This document shows positions 23,121 to 31,993 of a stretch of 55,416 nt of DNA, piece after piece. This DNA comes from an uncultured Candidatus Saccharibacteria bacterium (GTDB lineage Bacteria > Patescibacteriota > Saccharimonadia > Saccharimonadales > JAUPVS01). Under the pieces are notes generated by a model that saw only the letters and a list, made by a program, of their open reading frames with translations, did not search any database and was not told the DNA's origin. Positions within the stretch are counted from its first letter, which is position 1. Every line of letters begins with the position of its first letter. The stretch spans positions 1-55,416 of the forward strand of contig CAYWVZ010000006.1 of the NCBI GenBank assembly GCA_964462215.1, read 5' to 3'. Made by a program: the position numbers and the translations under genes.

Positions 23121-24755
23121 CTATGGGGCGGGCGGTGGCATCATCGGCGGCGGCACCGGCGGAGGCGGGGCCGGCGCGCTAGCGGCAGCCGTAGTGTCAG
23201 TCAGCGGCGTGGTCGGCATAAGTTGCGAAGGGATATTGGGGTTTACGCCGTTGGCAGGCGGTGCTTGGGGAGCTGGCATTGGTACGGCCGGCGGCATAAA
23301 CGCCGGCGGCGTACCGGCTACCGGCGGACTGCCGGCAGGCATAGGCGGTGCAGTTTGTCCGGTGTGCAAGTCAAGGTTAACCGGCTGGGCGCCGAGCGCC
23401 TCAATCGGTTCCAGAGGTTGGTCGACAGGGTCAATACCACCGATGGCCGCATCTACAGCCTCACGGGCTTCTTCAAGGTGATTCTTAGGGTTGTCAGTCA
23501 CCGCGGCTGACGCGCCGGCCTCTTCAGAGACATGCGGGCTATCAACCGATTCTTCGATCTTATTGAGTGTCGCCGGGCTGCCGTCGGCCATAGTGGCCGG
23601 CGCCGCCGCTTCCAGCGGCAGCCTATTCAACAGTGGTTGGTCAGCGGCAGGATTGGTGCTCAACGGATCGGTCGAAGGTTCTACTTGCGCGTGTTCAGGT
23701 TCGCTATTGGCAGTAAGTTTACTGCCTAAGGCGGGTGGTTCCAGTACCATGTTAGAATCGCCGCTTAGCTTGGGCGGTGCCGCGTCTTCGGGCTGAGTCG
23801 GCGGTTTAGACGATTGTTCATCATTGCGCAGTTTCGATATCTTAGGTCCGGCCGGCGCGCTGTTTTCTTCTTCATTGTCCTCTACTACTGGCGGCAAACT
23901 GGCTGGCGGCGCGGTTTCGGCATCGTCATGCGAGATACGCAGCGAACCGTCGTCATCAGCATCATCTTCAGTAGTGTCTGTGTCGGCTGGCTTTACCTTT
24001 GGGATCGGTTTAGTACCTTCGAGCTTTGAGGCGATCAGCTGCTGGTTGGCGCCGGCACTCATCAGTTCTGAGGCCAGGGTCATGGTAGCCGGGCTGGTCC
24101 GGTCGTTGCTAAAGCGATCGGTTTCGGCCACGATACCAGTCATAAAGGCCGTAGCCATTTGGGCATCCATCGGCTCGGTAGTCAGCCCCTTACTCAGGTC
24201 AACCAGCATCTCGGATAAGCTGCTGGCGTTTAAATCAACCCAGTTAATGGCGCCGACGTTGCCTTGGTCGCGGTTGTTGACCGAGATAACCGTAGCGTCA
24301 TGCAGAATCCGGCCGTGAGCCATAATAGCTTTATCGAGGTCAGTGCGCTCATGCACGCCCAGCCCCATCACTACGTCGACGTTAAAGTCGCCCTGGCTGA
24401 AATCCAGATCTTTTTCGCTTAAGCTGGTCCGGTATGGTGTAATAAAGATTTTGACAATCTTGTCTTCGACCTTGTAGCGCAGTTTATCGGCCTTGGACTT
24501 ATCCAGAGCGATAATGAAATCGCGCAAGCTGTCGGTATTCTTTTCGATGGTCTCTTCGGGTTTGAGGAACTCAATAGTCGATGGAATATCACCGCTGAAC
24601 ACCGCCGTGCCGTGTTTGCCGAGCTTATTGAGCAGCAGCGTCAGACCGATACAGGCCGACAGCTGGTCTACCGACGGATTGGCACTCACCGTTACCAGCA
24701 CATTATTGGCCTGCTGTAAGCGCTCAAGGATCTGCTGTTTGGCGTTTGGGTCCAT
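23121..24755 (-). CDS. DHH-fold (NrnA-like) protein with degenerate catalytic motifs and ~290-aa Pro/Ala-rich disordered tail
   Basis: 544 aa. The N-terminal ~250 aa is colinear with the DHH domain (TAFMTGIVAETDRFSN...). Motif I reads SANPSVD and the DHH position reads GLGVHE. No DHHA1/GGGH domain. The C-terminus is low-complexity (...PPVAGTPPAFMPPAVPMPAPQAPP...APPPPVPPPMMPPPAP). Confidence 0.6.
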   Translation of the reverse strand: MDPNAKQQILERLQQANNVLVTVSANPSVDQLSACIGLTLLLNKLGKHGTAVFSGDIPSTIEFLKPEETIEKNTDSLRDFIIALDKSKADKLRYKVEDKIVKIFITPYRTSLSEKDLDFSQGDFNVDVVMGLGVHERTDLDKAIMAHGRILHDATVISVNNRDQGNVGAINWVDLNASSLSEMLVDLSKGLTTEPMDAQMATAFMTGIVAETDRFSNDRTSPATMTLASELMSAGANQQLIASKLEGTKPIPKVKPADTDTTEDDADDDGSLRISHDDAETAPPASLPPVVEDNEEENSAPAGPKISKLRNDEQSSKPPTQPEDAAPPKLSGDSNMVLEPPALGSKLTANSEPEHAQVEPSTDPLSTNPAADQPLLNRLPLEAAAPATMADGSPATLNKIEESVDSPHVSEEAGASAAVTDNPKNHLEEAREAVDAAIGGIDPVDQPLEPIEALGAQPVNLDLHTGQTAPPMPAGSPPVAGTPPAFMPPAVPMPAPQAPPANGVNPNIPSQLMPTTPLTDTTAAASAPAPPPPVPPPMMPPPAP

Positions 24756-24825
24756 TTTTTTGTTTTTTTGTTAAGAAACCTTGGTTGGATAGTATCATGA
24801 ATGCTTATGTTTGTCCAGAGTTTTC

Positions 24826-24855
24826 TTTACAAACCCCGCCCCTGTAGGGTATAGT
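24826..24855 (+). promoter_or_regulatory. Candidate rpsT promoter
   Basis: TTTACA (24826-24831), an 18-nt spacer, then TATAGT (24850-24855). AAGGA SD before ATG 24898. Confidence 0.35.
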
Positions 24856-24897
24856 GTGCTCCGAAGTCTACAATTATAGTAAGTTCAAAGGATATAC

Positions 24898-25257
24898 ATG
24901 CCGATTATCAAATCAGCCAAGAAGCGTGTCCGTACGGCACGCAAAGCAACCGTACGCAACAGTAAGACCAAGCGGTCATTGAAAGAGGCCGTTAAGGCGT
25001 TTAGTGCTACCGTAGCCGGCGGTAAGGATAGCAAAAAAGCTCAGGCCGCAGCCCAGGGCGCTATCGACACAGCCGTTAAAAAGGGTGTCATGCATAAGAA
25101 CAAGGCCGCCCGCAAGAAAGCTCAATTAGCCAAGCAGGCCAAGGCCGCTGCCGGCACCAAGAAGACTGTTACTAAGAAAACTGCGGCTAAAAAGACCGTG
25201 GCCAAGAAAACTCCGGCCAAGAAGCCGGCTGCCAAAAAAGCAGCCGCTAAAAAATAA
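24898..25257 (+). CDS. rpsT: 30S ribosomal protein S20 with Lys/Ala-rich C-terminal extension
   Basis: MPIIKSAKKRVRTARKATVRN... is the S20 core. Residues ~86-119 form a histone-H1-like tail: TKKTVTKKTAAKKTVAKKTPAKKPAAKKAAAKK. Confidence 0.9.
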   Translation: MPIIKSAKKRVRTARKATVRNSKTKRSLKEAVKAFSATVAGGKDSKKAQAAAQGAIDTAVKKGVMHKNKAARKKAQLAKQAKAAAGTKKTVTKKTAAKKTVAKKTPAKKPAAKKAAAKK

Positions 25258-26178
25258 TTAGGAACTGAGTTGTAATAGGTAGTGCTGCAGGGCGTTATCG
25301 GCGTCGATGGGTTCGCTTTTGAGGCGGACGTCCAGGCGGGCGGCGTCGGCTATCCACTGTTTGAGTTGGTGTAGCGTGCATTTTTGGGCGGCACGTTGGC
25401 TTTTACGAATGACGAAGGGGCTGACTTTGGCCTCGCGCGCGATGTCTTCCGGGCGGCGCTGGCCGGCGGTTTTGAGCAGCGCCAACACGTGCAGCTGCCA
25501 GGCCATCATGGCCATGATGGCCAGCGGTTCGACTTTTTGTTGGCGCTGCTCATGGTACAGCCGCAGCACCTGCCGGCGGTCGCCGGCCAGCGCCGCATCC
25601 AACAAGTCGAAGACACTGCTCTGTGGTGTCGGTTCGGTTAATTCGTCGATGTGCGCCCGAGTAATGGCAGGTTGGTAGCTGAGTAATTTTTGTAGCTCGT
25701 TGCTGAGTAATAGTTGGTTGGCGCCAACCCGCTGCACTATATAATTCGCATCACTCAAACTTATACTGCCGCCGCGGTTCTTGGCCTCTGTTACCAGCCA
25801 TTGTGCCAAACCCCGTTCGTCCAGTTCTGCATACTCCCGAAAGTCGGTTTGTTTTTGCAGCGTCTTATAGTAGCTGGTGCGTTTGTCGGGGCGTTGTTCA
25901 ACAATCACCAGGTCGGTGGTTTCCGGTACGTCAGCCAGCAGTTGTTCCAGTGCCTCCTGCACGGCTTTTTGGGCCGACGGGTTCCTTATAATGACCATCC
26001 GGTGGGCAGCCAAAAACGGCGAGGCCTGAACGATAGACGGCAGGCGTACCGGGTCAAGTTCGGCGCCGTCATATTGTTCCAGGCCGATGTCGCCATGGGT
26101 TTTGACGAAAGCCTGGCGCAACTCGGCCAGGCCTGCCCGCAGGGCGAAATCGTTGGTGCCGGTGAGCGTTAGTATCAT
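25258..26178 (-). CDS. holA: DNA polymerase III delta subunit
   Basis: 306 aa with delta-like organisation (...PFLAAHRMVIIRNP ... LSNELQKLL...). ATGA overlap with the mutM stop. Confidence 0.75.
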   Translation of the reverse strand: MILTLTGTNDFALRAGLAELRQAFVKTHGDIGLEQYDGAELDPVRLPSIVQASPFLAAHRMVIIRNPSAQKAVQEALEQLLADVPETTDLVIVEQRPDKRTSYYKTLQKQTDFREYAELDERGLAQWLVTEAKNRGGSISLSDANYIVQRVGANQLLLSNELQKLLSYQPAITRAHIDELTEPTPQSSVFDLLDAALAGDRRQVLRLYHEQRQQKVEPLAIMAMMAWQLHVLALLKTAGQRRPEDIAREAKVSPFVIRKSQRAAQKCTLHQLKQWIADAARLDVRLKSEPIDADNALQHYLLQLSS

Positions 26179-27059
26179 GCGTAGCCTCTCGGTAATTTCT
26201 GCTCGCGCGGGCAGATGTGCGTCCCCCGCCCGGCCACCCGAATCTTAACAATTTCGTGGCCGCAGCGCGGGCAGGCCTGGCCTTCGCGCCTGAATACTCG
26301 GGCAAACGTCAGATAGCTGCCGCGCTTGCCCTTAGCATCAACGTAATTGCGGTCGGACGAGCCGCCTTTGGCAATACTTAACTCCAGTACTGCCCGTAAG
26401 TCAGCAAACAATTTGTTGAGCTTGGCAGTCGATACGTCACGCACCCGCATAGCCGGATGAATTTTGGCGCCGAACAGTGCTTCGTCGGCGTAGATGTTCC
26501 CTACTCCGGCAATAACCGTCTGGTCCAGCAGAGCCGCCTTAATGGTTGTGTTGGGCCGGCATAGCAGCCGCGCCCGAAAGTCTTTAGCCGTAAAGTCGGC
26601 GGCCAGCGGCTCCGGGCCGACCTTTTTGAAAAAATCAATAGAAGGGATCTCGGCCGTCGGCAGTAAACGGACCCAGCCGAACCGGCGCTGGTCGTTAAAA
26701 AACAGCTTGGCCCCGTCCAACTCCAATATTACGCGAGTCGATGTATCCGGCAGCTCGCCAATCAGGCTGCGGTTAGGGTGGCCGGCGCCAAACCGCTCGC
26801 CATTATCGGCTCGGTATACCAGTTGGCCGGTCATTTTAAGATGCACCAGCAGGCTGTAAGCGCTGCTTAGGTCAATTATTAAAACTTTGGCGCGGCGCCT
26901 AACGGCACCAACCTTGGCACTAACCAAAAACCGCTGCACGTCGGCCGGCGCATTTGGAAACGACTTACTATAGTCCGTCACAACCCCTGTCACAACGTGA
27001 CGGGGCAGTAGTTCGGCCAAACCCTGACGAACGGTCTCTACCTCTGGTAACTCGGGCAT
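26175..27059 (-). CDS. mutM: Formamidopyrimidine-DNA glycosylase
   Basis: MPELPEVETV N-terminus, H2TH region, and C-terminal zinc finger CPRCG...ICPR. Confidence 0.92.
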   Translation of the reverse strand: MPELPEVETVRQGLAELLPRHVVTGVVTDYSKSFPNAPADVQRFLVSAKVGAVRRRAKVLIIDLSSAYSLLVHLKMTGQLVYRADNGERFGAGHPNRSLIGELPDTSTRVILELDGAKLFFNDQRRFGWVRLLPTAEIPSIDFFKKVGPEPLAADFTAKDFRARLLCRPNTTIKAALLDQTVIAGVGNIYADEALFGAKIHPAMRVRDVSTAKLNKLFADLRAVLELSIAKGGSSDRNYVDAKGKRGSYLTFARVFRREGQACPRCGHEIVKIRVAGRGTHICPREQKLPRGYA

Positions 27060-27087
27060 GCAACTATTGTACCAGGCTTTGGGCGGC

Positions 27088-27432
27088 TCAGGCGGCGTGT
27101 TGTTCGCAGATGACTATCTGCCGGCCCAGCCGCCGGATACGGGCACTGGATGCAAAATTTTCGGCCACGGCCGCCAACTCCTGCACCACCACGGCCTGTT
27201 TGCCTTCGAATACAACGTTCGGGTCACGACACGGGTCGCGGGCTAAATCATCAAGTTTAGCTCCGGTTACCATTTCTACAACTTCAACCGGAAGACGGTC
27301 TCTGGGGTTATCGGCGTCTTCTATAACTATGCCCTTTTCAACACACGAAACAGCCAGCGCGTGAATGACTTCCAGCTCCCCTTGGGTAGCTAATGCGACG
27401 CTGGATATAGCTTCGTGGTTGGGCATAGGCAT
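27088..27432 (-). CDS. Hypothetical protein
   Basis: 114-aa ORF upstream of mutM on the same strand. No family recognised. Confidence 0.4.
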   Translation of the reverse strand: MPMPNHEAISSVALATQGELEVIHALAVSCVEKGIVIEDADNPRDRLPVEVVEMVTGAKLDDLARDPCRDPNVVFEGKQAVVVQELAAVAENFASSARIRRLGRQIVICEQHAA

Positions 27433-27528
27433 CTCTTTTACGTTTTATTACTAGGAGCTCTGCTGCCTTATTTCACTATAACCTCCTGATTATAAAACGC
27501 AAGCGTTTTGTCGGAGTATAATACCCGT

Positions 27529-27768
27529 ATGACACACGCTTTACGGGATTTGCTGGCCGGACGCTTCGACGAAGAGCCGCCCGAAATTAGCGGTATCAAA
27601 GACTACGTCAAAGAGCATTTCAACGAGCCGGTGGCAGTAGCGCTACGCGACAATCAGATTATTATAACCACGCGCGGGGCGGCACTGGCCGGAGCTTTGC
27701 GGCCGCACCTGCACACACTGGCTAAGCTAAGCGGCACCAAGCGGCGGCTGGTCATACGTATCGGCTAG
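27529..27768 (+). CDS. Small DUF721/DciA-like protein (tentative)
   Basis: ATG 27529. MTHALRDLL...VAVALRDNQIIITTRGAALAGALRPHLHTLAKL...RLVIRIG resembles the C-terminal pattern of DUF721 proteins. The match is weak and from memory only. Confidence 0.3.
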   Translation: MTHALRDLLAGRFDEEPPEISGIKDYVKEHFNEPVAVALRDNQIIITTRGAALAGALRPHLHTLAKLSGTKRRLVIRIG

Positions 27769-27960
27769 GGCAGCCGCGCCAAGCATGTGGGCTTCTTGTT
27801 GGATTACTTCTTCGAGCGCACGGTCGGCCCGTTCCTGAGCCTCAGCCGCCAATCTGTCCGGCTCGACCGGCTGCCATCCGTCAGAAGGGGGCATAGTGTT
27901 AACAGGACAATACACAAACTCCGGAGACCCTTCCATAGCAGGCGTTTGATACATTGTCAT
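27727..27960 (-). CDS. Hypothetical small protein (doubtful)
   Basis: 77-aa ORF overlapping the 3' end of the previous gene by 42 nt. No family recognised. Confidence 0.25.
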   Translation of the reverse strand: MTMYQTPAMEGSPEFVYCPVNTMPPSDGWQPVEPDRLAAEAQERADRALEEVIQQEAHMLGAAALADTYDQPPLGAA

Positions 27961-28039
27961 TGTCGGGCTTTCTCCTTGGTGTGTATGTTGGTAACTACCC
28001 TTTTGGTATAAGCCTTTGCACAGAAAAAGTCAACGCCGG

Positions 28040-28651
28040 CTACAGTACCAAACCGGTATTACGGTTGCCGGTACCGGTAATACTAACGTTCCTGGTGATT
28101 GCGTCGTAGTCGGGGATCTGTGCCTGGAAAAGTATTACCGTCAACTGGATGTTGCCGGCAAAAGAGCCGTCCGTGCAAGCAGCCGACCATAGGTTTTGTA
28201 CATCGCTGCCGTTTTCGACAATTTGGTAGAAGCTGCGGTTAGCCAGCGGGCAAATCGATTCGGAGGTAATGCCCTCTCTGAGGCGGCGTTCCTTGGTAAA
28301 GCCGGCGCGATTCAGCGCCTCTAAAAACTCGCCGTAGGCATCGGTGTTGTTATCGTAGGTCTTGCGATCCAAAATTTCGCCCTGATAGCCCTTAAACACG
28401 TCAATCTGGCGGCTGCGCGGGCTAATGGTAATACGGATAGCCCGATGATTTTCGGATGCATTAATCGGCCCGTCAATGGTGTACTGCACCGAGGCATTGG
28501 TGTTTTCGGTGTAGTCAGTCAGTGCGCTGCCGCTACCGGGCACTACATTGGTATTATTCGAAGAACCGCTGCGGACAATAACTACAATGCCCACGAGCAG
28601 CAACACGATAATCGTCAGCGTCGCCAAAAAGTATCTGATACCACTGTTCAC
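28040..28651 (-). CDS. Membrane-anchored extracytoplasmic hypothetical protein
   Basis: 203 aa. N-terminal TM span YFLATLTIIVLLLVGIVVIV, then a soluble domain containing two Cys. Confidence 0.5.
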   Translation of the reverse strand: MNSGIRYFLATLTIIVLLLVGIVVIVRSGSSNNTNVVPGSGSALTDYTENTNASVQYTIDGPINASENHRAIRITISPRSRQIDVFKGYQGEILDRKTYDNNTDAYGEFLEALNRAGFTKERRLREGITSESICPLANRSFYQIVENGSDVQNLWSAACTDGSFAGNIQLTVILFQAQIPDYDAITRNVSITGTGNRNTGLVL

Positions 28652-28705
28652 AATGGTTAAATAATACCATATTTCTTTCTATTTACAAACTTCGGTGGGG
28701 CTGCC

Positions 28706-31360
28706 TTATAGTTCGCCCCAGTTTTTGCCGCTGTCAGTGTCGACTTTAAGGTTGACGGCCAGTTGACAGACACCTTCCATGGTGGTTTTGAGTAATTTTG
28801 CTACTCGCTCGCCATCGGCTTTGGGGCATTCCACCAAAATTGAGTCATGGATCTGCAGCAGTATGTTGGCCTCTGGCGGCAAGATGTTTTGGACAGCTAT
28901 CATGGCCAGCTTCATAATATCGGCAGCCGTGCCCTGGAACGGCATATTAACAGCAGCGCGCATGGCGGCTTCGCGGACGGCGAAGTTACTGGAACGGACG
29001 TCCGGCGTCGGCCGGCGTCGGCCGAACATGGTTTCGACGTAACCGTCCTCTTTGGCCTTCTCTTTAACCGACTCAATGTAAGCCAGCAAGCCGGTGCGGA
29101 TTTCGAAATAGCGTTTTATAAAGTCAGCCGCCTGCTCGCGCGTCAGGCCGGTGGCCACACTTAGGCCATGGGGGCTTAAACCGTACATCACGCCGAAGTT
29201 AACGACCTTGGCGTCACGCCGCATGTTCTTAGTGACCTCCGCGGGCTTGATACCGTGTACCAGTGCTGCGGTTTGGGTATGGATGTCGGTGTCGTCGTCT
29301 TTGAAGGCGTTGATCATGGTTTTGTCGCCGGAAAGCACGGCCGCCAGGCGCAGTTCGAACTGCGAGTAATCGGCGCCGACCAGAACCTTGCCCTTGCCGG
29401 CCACAAAGGCCGTGCGGATACGCTTGCCTAAGTCCGTACGGATGGGAATGTTTTGTAGGTTCGGGTCGGTGCTGCTGAGCCGGCCGGTTTGGGCAACGGT
29501 TAAGTTAAAGGTGGTATGGATGCGGGAATGCTCGTCAACCTGCCGCGGCAAAGTATCGACGTAGGTATTCTTAAGTTTGGTTACTTCGCGGTACTGGGTT
29601 ATCAGGTCAATAATGGGATGTATCGCGCGCAGTTTGTCCAGCTCGCTGGCAGCCGTTGAGTAACCGGTTTTGCCCTTTTTTATACCGTTGGTTGGTAGTT
29701 TTAAGGTAGTAAACAGTACGTCCGCCAGCTGGCCGGGCGAACCGATATTAAACTCTGCGTCAGCGTAACCGTAAATCTGCTGTTCAAGGTCGCTGATAGC
29801 ATCATCAATCTCGACCTGAAAATGTTTGAGGTAATCGGTGTCCAGCTCAATCCCCTCGTACTCCATGCGGGCCAGCACCGGAATGACCGGCCACTCAATA
29901 TCTTTGGCTAGTGTAGGTAGTTTCGGATATTTTTTAAGCTCTTTAATTTGCTGTTCGTACAGGCCGCGGATAACGGCGATTAGTTCTGGTGCCCGGGCGC
30001 GCAATTCTTCTGTATCCAGGTCATCAAGCGAAGAAGCTGTGTAGCCCAGGCCGCGGTCAGCCAGTTCACTGAGTGATTGCACCCGTTGCAGACTGTTGAT
30101 CAGAAAGGCGCCGACCAAAATGTCGTGTTCTACCGCCGGCAACTCGGTCAGGCCCAGTTCCAGCAATACTTTAAGGGTGGCTTTGACATCATAGCCGACC
30201 AGCGAGCCCAGTTTTTGTAGTGTAGCAGCTGTTTTAGTACGGTCGAGCTTGGTTAGGTCGAGTTCGTAGATAACGTCGGGCTTAGGGCTTAGTATGAGCA
30301 GTTGCGGCTCCCGCCCGTGTTTGCCGCGGCTGCGGCTGTAGACTACGGCCGGGGCGGCGGTGCTGCCAACGCCGAGTTCCAGCTTAGCCAGCGCGGCGTC
30401 AGTATCAACCCGCGTGACCTTACCCAACTTCAGCCCCGCCGGCACATGGGCGGGAGCCGCGTCAGCCACCTGCATAACCTCCGGCAATTGCCGTACCAGG
30501 CTGCGGAACTCCAGCCGCTGTAATAGTTCCTGTACTTTCTCAGGATGACATAAGCTGCCGTCCATCTTCTTCAAATCCAGTTTGAGCGGCGCGTCCGTCC
30601 AAATAGCCGCCAGCTGTTTGCTCAAGTAAGCCAGGTCTTTGCCGGCCTCTAATTTCTTTCGGACGCTATCTTTGGTAAGTGCCAGGTTCTCATAAATACC
30701 GTCCAGCGTGTGGTACTGCTTGAGCAGCTCGATAGCTGTTTTCTCGCCAATGCCCGGCACACCGGGAATATTGTCGGACGAATCCCCTTTCAGGGCTTTC
30801 AAGTCCAAAAACTGCACTGGCAGCAAGCCGTATTTTTCGGTAAAGCTCTCTGGGTGGAACAGTTCGATGTTGCTTAAGCCCTTTTTCAGCGCATAGACGC
30901 TGACGTGCAGGTCAACCAGCTGCAGCATGTCGAGGTCGCTGGTTACGAGCATGGTTTCGATATCTTGAGCTGTGGCCTGTACCGCCAGGGTGCCCATAAT
31001 ATCGTCAGCTTCGTAGTCATCCAACTCGTACAACGGCCAACCAAAATCTTTCAGCAGTTCCTGTAGCAATGGAATTTGTTCATAAAAATCCGGCGGTGCC
31101 GGTTTGCGGCCGGCTTTGTATTCCGGATACATTTGTACGCGCTTGCGGATATTGGTTTTAGGCTTGTCCCAGGCCACACACACGTAGTCGGGCTGGAGCT
31201 TGCGGATCACTTCCAGTGCCATGGTAGCAAAGCCGAATACGCCGCCGGTTGGCGCTCCCTCTTTGGTGGCCAAGTTGGGCATGGCGTAGTAACCGCGATA
31301 AAACACGCTCTTACCGTCAATAATCGCCAGTCTCTTCCGCTTCGTCACCTTCTCACTCAT
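28706..31360 (-). CDS. polA: DNA polymerase I
   Basis: 884 aa. 5'-nuclease domain (LAIIDGKSVFYRGYYA ... GDSSDNIPGVPGIGEKTA), a central exonuclease-like domain, and a family-A polymerase domain (DYSQFELRLAA, QIHDSILVE). Confidence 0.95.
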   Translation of the reverse strand: MSEKVTKRKRLAIIDGKSVFYRGYYAMPNLATKEGAPTGGVFGFATMALEVIRKLQPDYVCVAWDKPKTNIRKRVQMYPEYKAGRKPAPPDFYEQIPLLQELLKDFGWPLYELDDYEADDIMGTLAVQATAQDIETMLVTSDLDMLQLVDLHVSVYALKKGLSNIELFHPESFTEKYGLLPVQFLDLKALKGDSSDNIPGVPGIGEKTAIELLKQYHTLDGIYENLALTKDSVRKKLEAGKDLAYLSKQLAAIWTDAPLKLDLKKMDGSLCHPEKVQELLQRLEFRSLVRQLPEVMQVADAAPAHVPAGLKLGKVTRVDTDAALAKLELGVGSTAAPAVVYSRSRGKHGREPQLLILSPKPDVIYELDLTKLDRTKTAATLQKLGSLVGYDVKATLKVLLELGLTELPAVEHDILVGAFLINSLQRVQSLSELADRGLGYTASSLDDLDTEELRARAPELIAVIRGLYEQQIKELKKYPKLPTLAKDIEWPVIPVLARMEYEGIELDTDYLKHFQVEIDDAISDLEQQIYGYADAEFNIGSPGQLADVLFTTLKLPTNGIKKGKTGYSTAASELDKLRAIHPIIDLITQYREVTKLKNTYVDTLPRQVDEHSRIHTTFNLTVAQTGRLSSTDPNLQNIPIRTDLGKRIRTAFVAGKGKVLVGADYSQFELRLAAVLSGDKTMINAFKDDDTDIHTQTAALVHGIKPAEVTKNMRRDAKVVNFGVMYGLSPHGLSVATGLTREQAADFIKRYFEIRTGLLAYIESVKEKAKEDGYVETMFGRRRPTPDVRSSNFAVREAAMRAAVNMPFQGTAADIMKLAMIAVQNILPPEANILLQIHDSILVECPKADGERVAKLLKTTMEGVCQLAVNLKVDTDSGKNWGEL

Positions 31361-31426
31361 AGCTACCAGTATACGCCATGCATACCGCCTCTTTACTTAC
31401 GCCTGATTCTGCGAGATTATAGGGCA

Positions 31427-31990
31427 ATGAAAAAACACGTTATCGCATTGGTTGGCATGCCGGGGTCTGGCAAAGGTACCTGCACCGACTACTTGGCCGA
31501 AAAGTACGGCTGGCCGGTGATTCACTTTGGCAACATGGTCTACGAGGAAGTTCAGCGCCGGGGTCTGGATAACGTCAAAGACGAGATTTTTGTACGCGAA
31601 GACATGCGTAAACAGGAAGGTGCCGCGGTACTGGCTAAGCATGTCGCCCGCAAAGCCAAAAACTATTTTAAGGCCGGCAAAGAGGCGGTGGTATTGGATG
31701 GGCTGTATAGTTGGAGCGAGTACAAGTTTTTAGAGCAGACCTTTGGTAACCAACTGACTGTGATTGCCGTGGTGGCACCGAAAAAAGTCCGTCGGCAACG
31801 CGTCCTTGACCGCAAAGACAGCCACCGTAAATACACGCTCGAACAGCTTGTAGCACGCGAGATTGCCGAGATCGAAAACCTAGAAAAAGGCAGTCCAATC
31901 GCGTATGCCGACCACACGATTGCCAACGACTATACCCCTCAAGATATGCTTGCCAGGCTCGACGCCCTCGTACAAGAAACCGTTACATAA
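31427..31990 (+). CDS. P-loop nucleotide/nucleoside-monophosphate kinase-like protein
   Basis: ATG 31427. MKKHVIALVGMPGSGKGT Walker A. About 187 aa. The ORF-track start at 31076 is an artefactual extension antisense to polA. Confidence 0.6.
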   Translation: MKKHVIALVGMPGSGKGTCTDYLAEKYGWPVIHFGNMVYEEVQRRGLDNVKDEIFVREDMRKQEGAAVLAKHVARKAKNYFKAGKEAVVLDGLYSWSEYKFLEQTFGNQLTVIAVVAPKKVRRQRVLDRKDSHRKYTLEQLVAREIAEIENLEKGSPIAYADHTIANDYTPQDMLARLDALVQETVT

Positions 31991-31993
31991 ATA

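Noticed and set aside
31076-31426. N-terminal 117-codon extension of the P-loop kinase ORF (track start 31076)
   Set aside because: The extension is antisense to the polA 5' end. The recognisable protein begins at MKKHVIALVGMPGSGKGT (ATG 31427), right after the polA promoter region.
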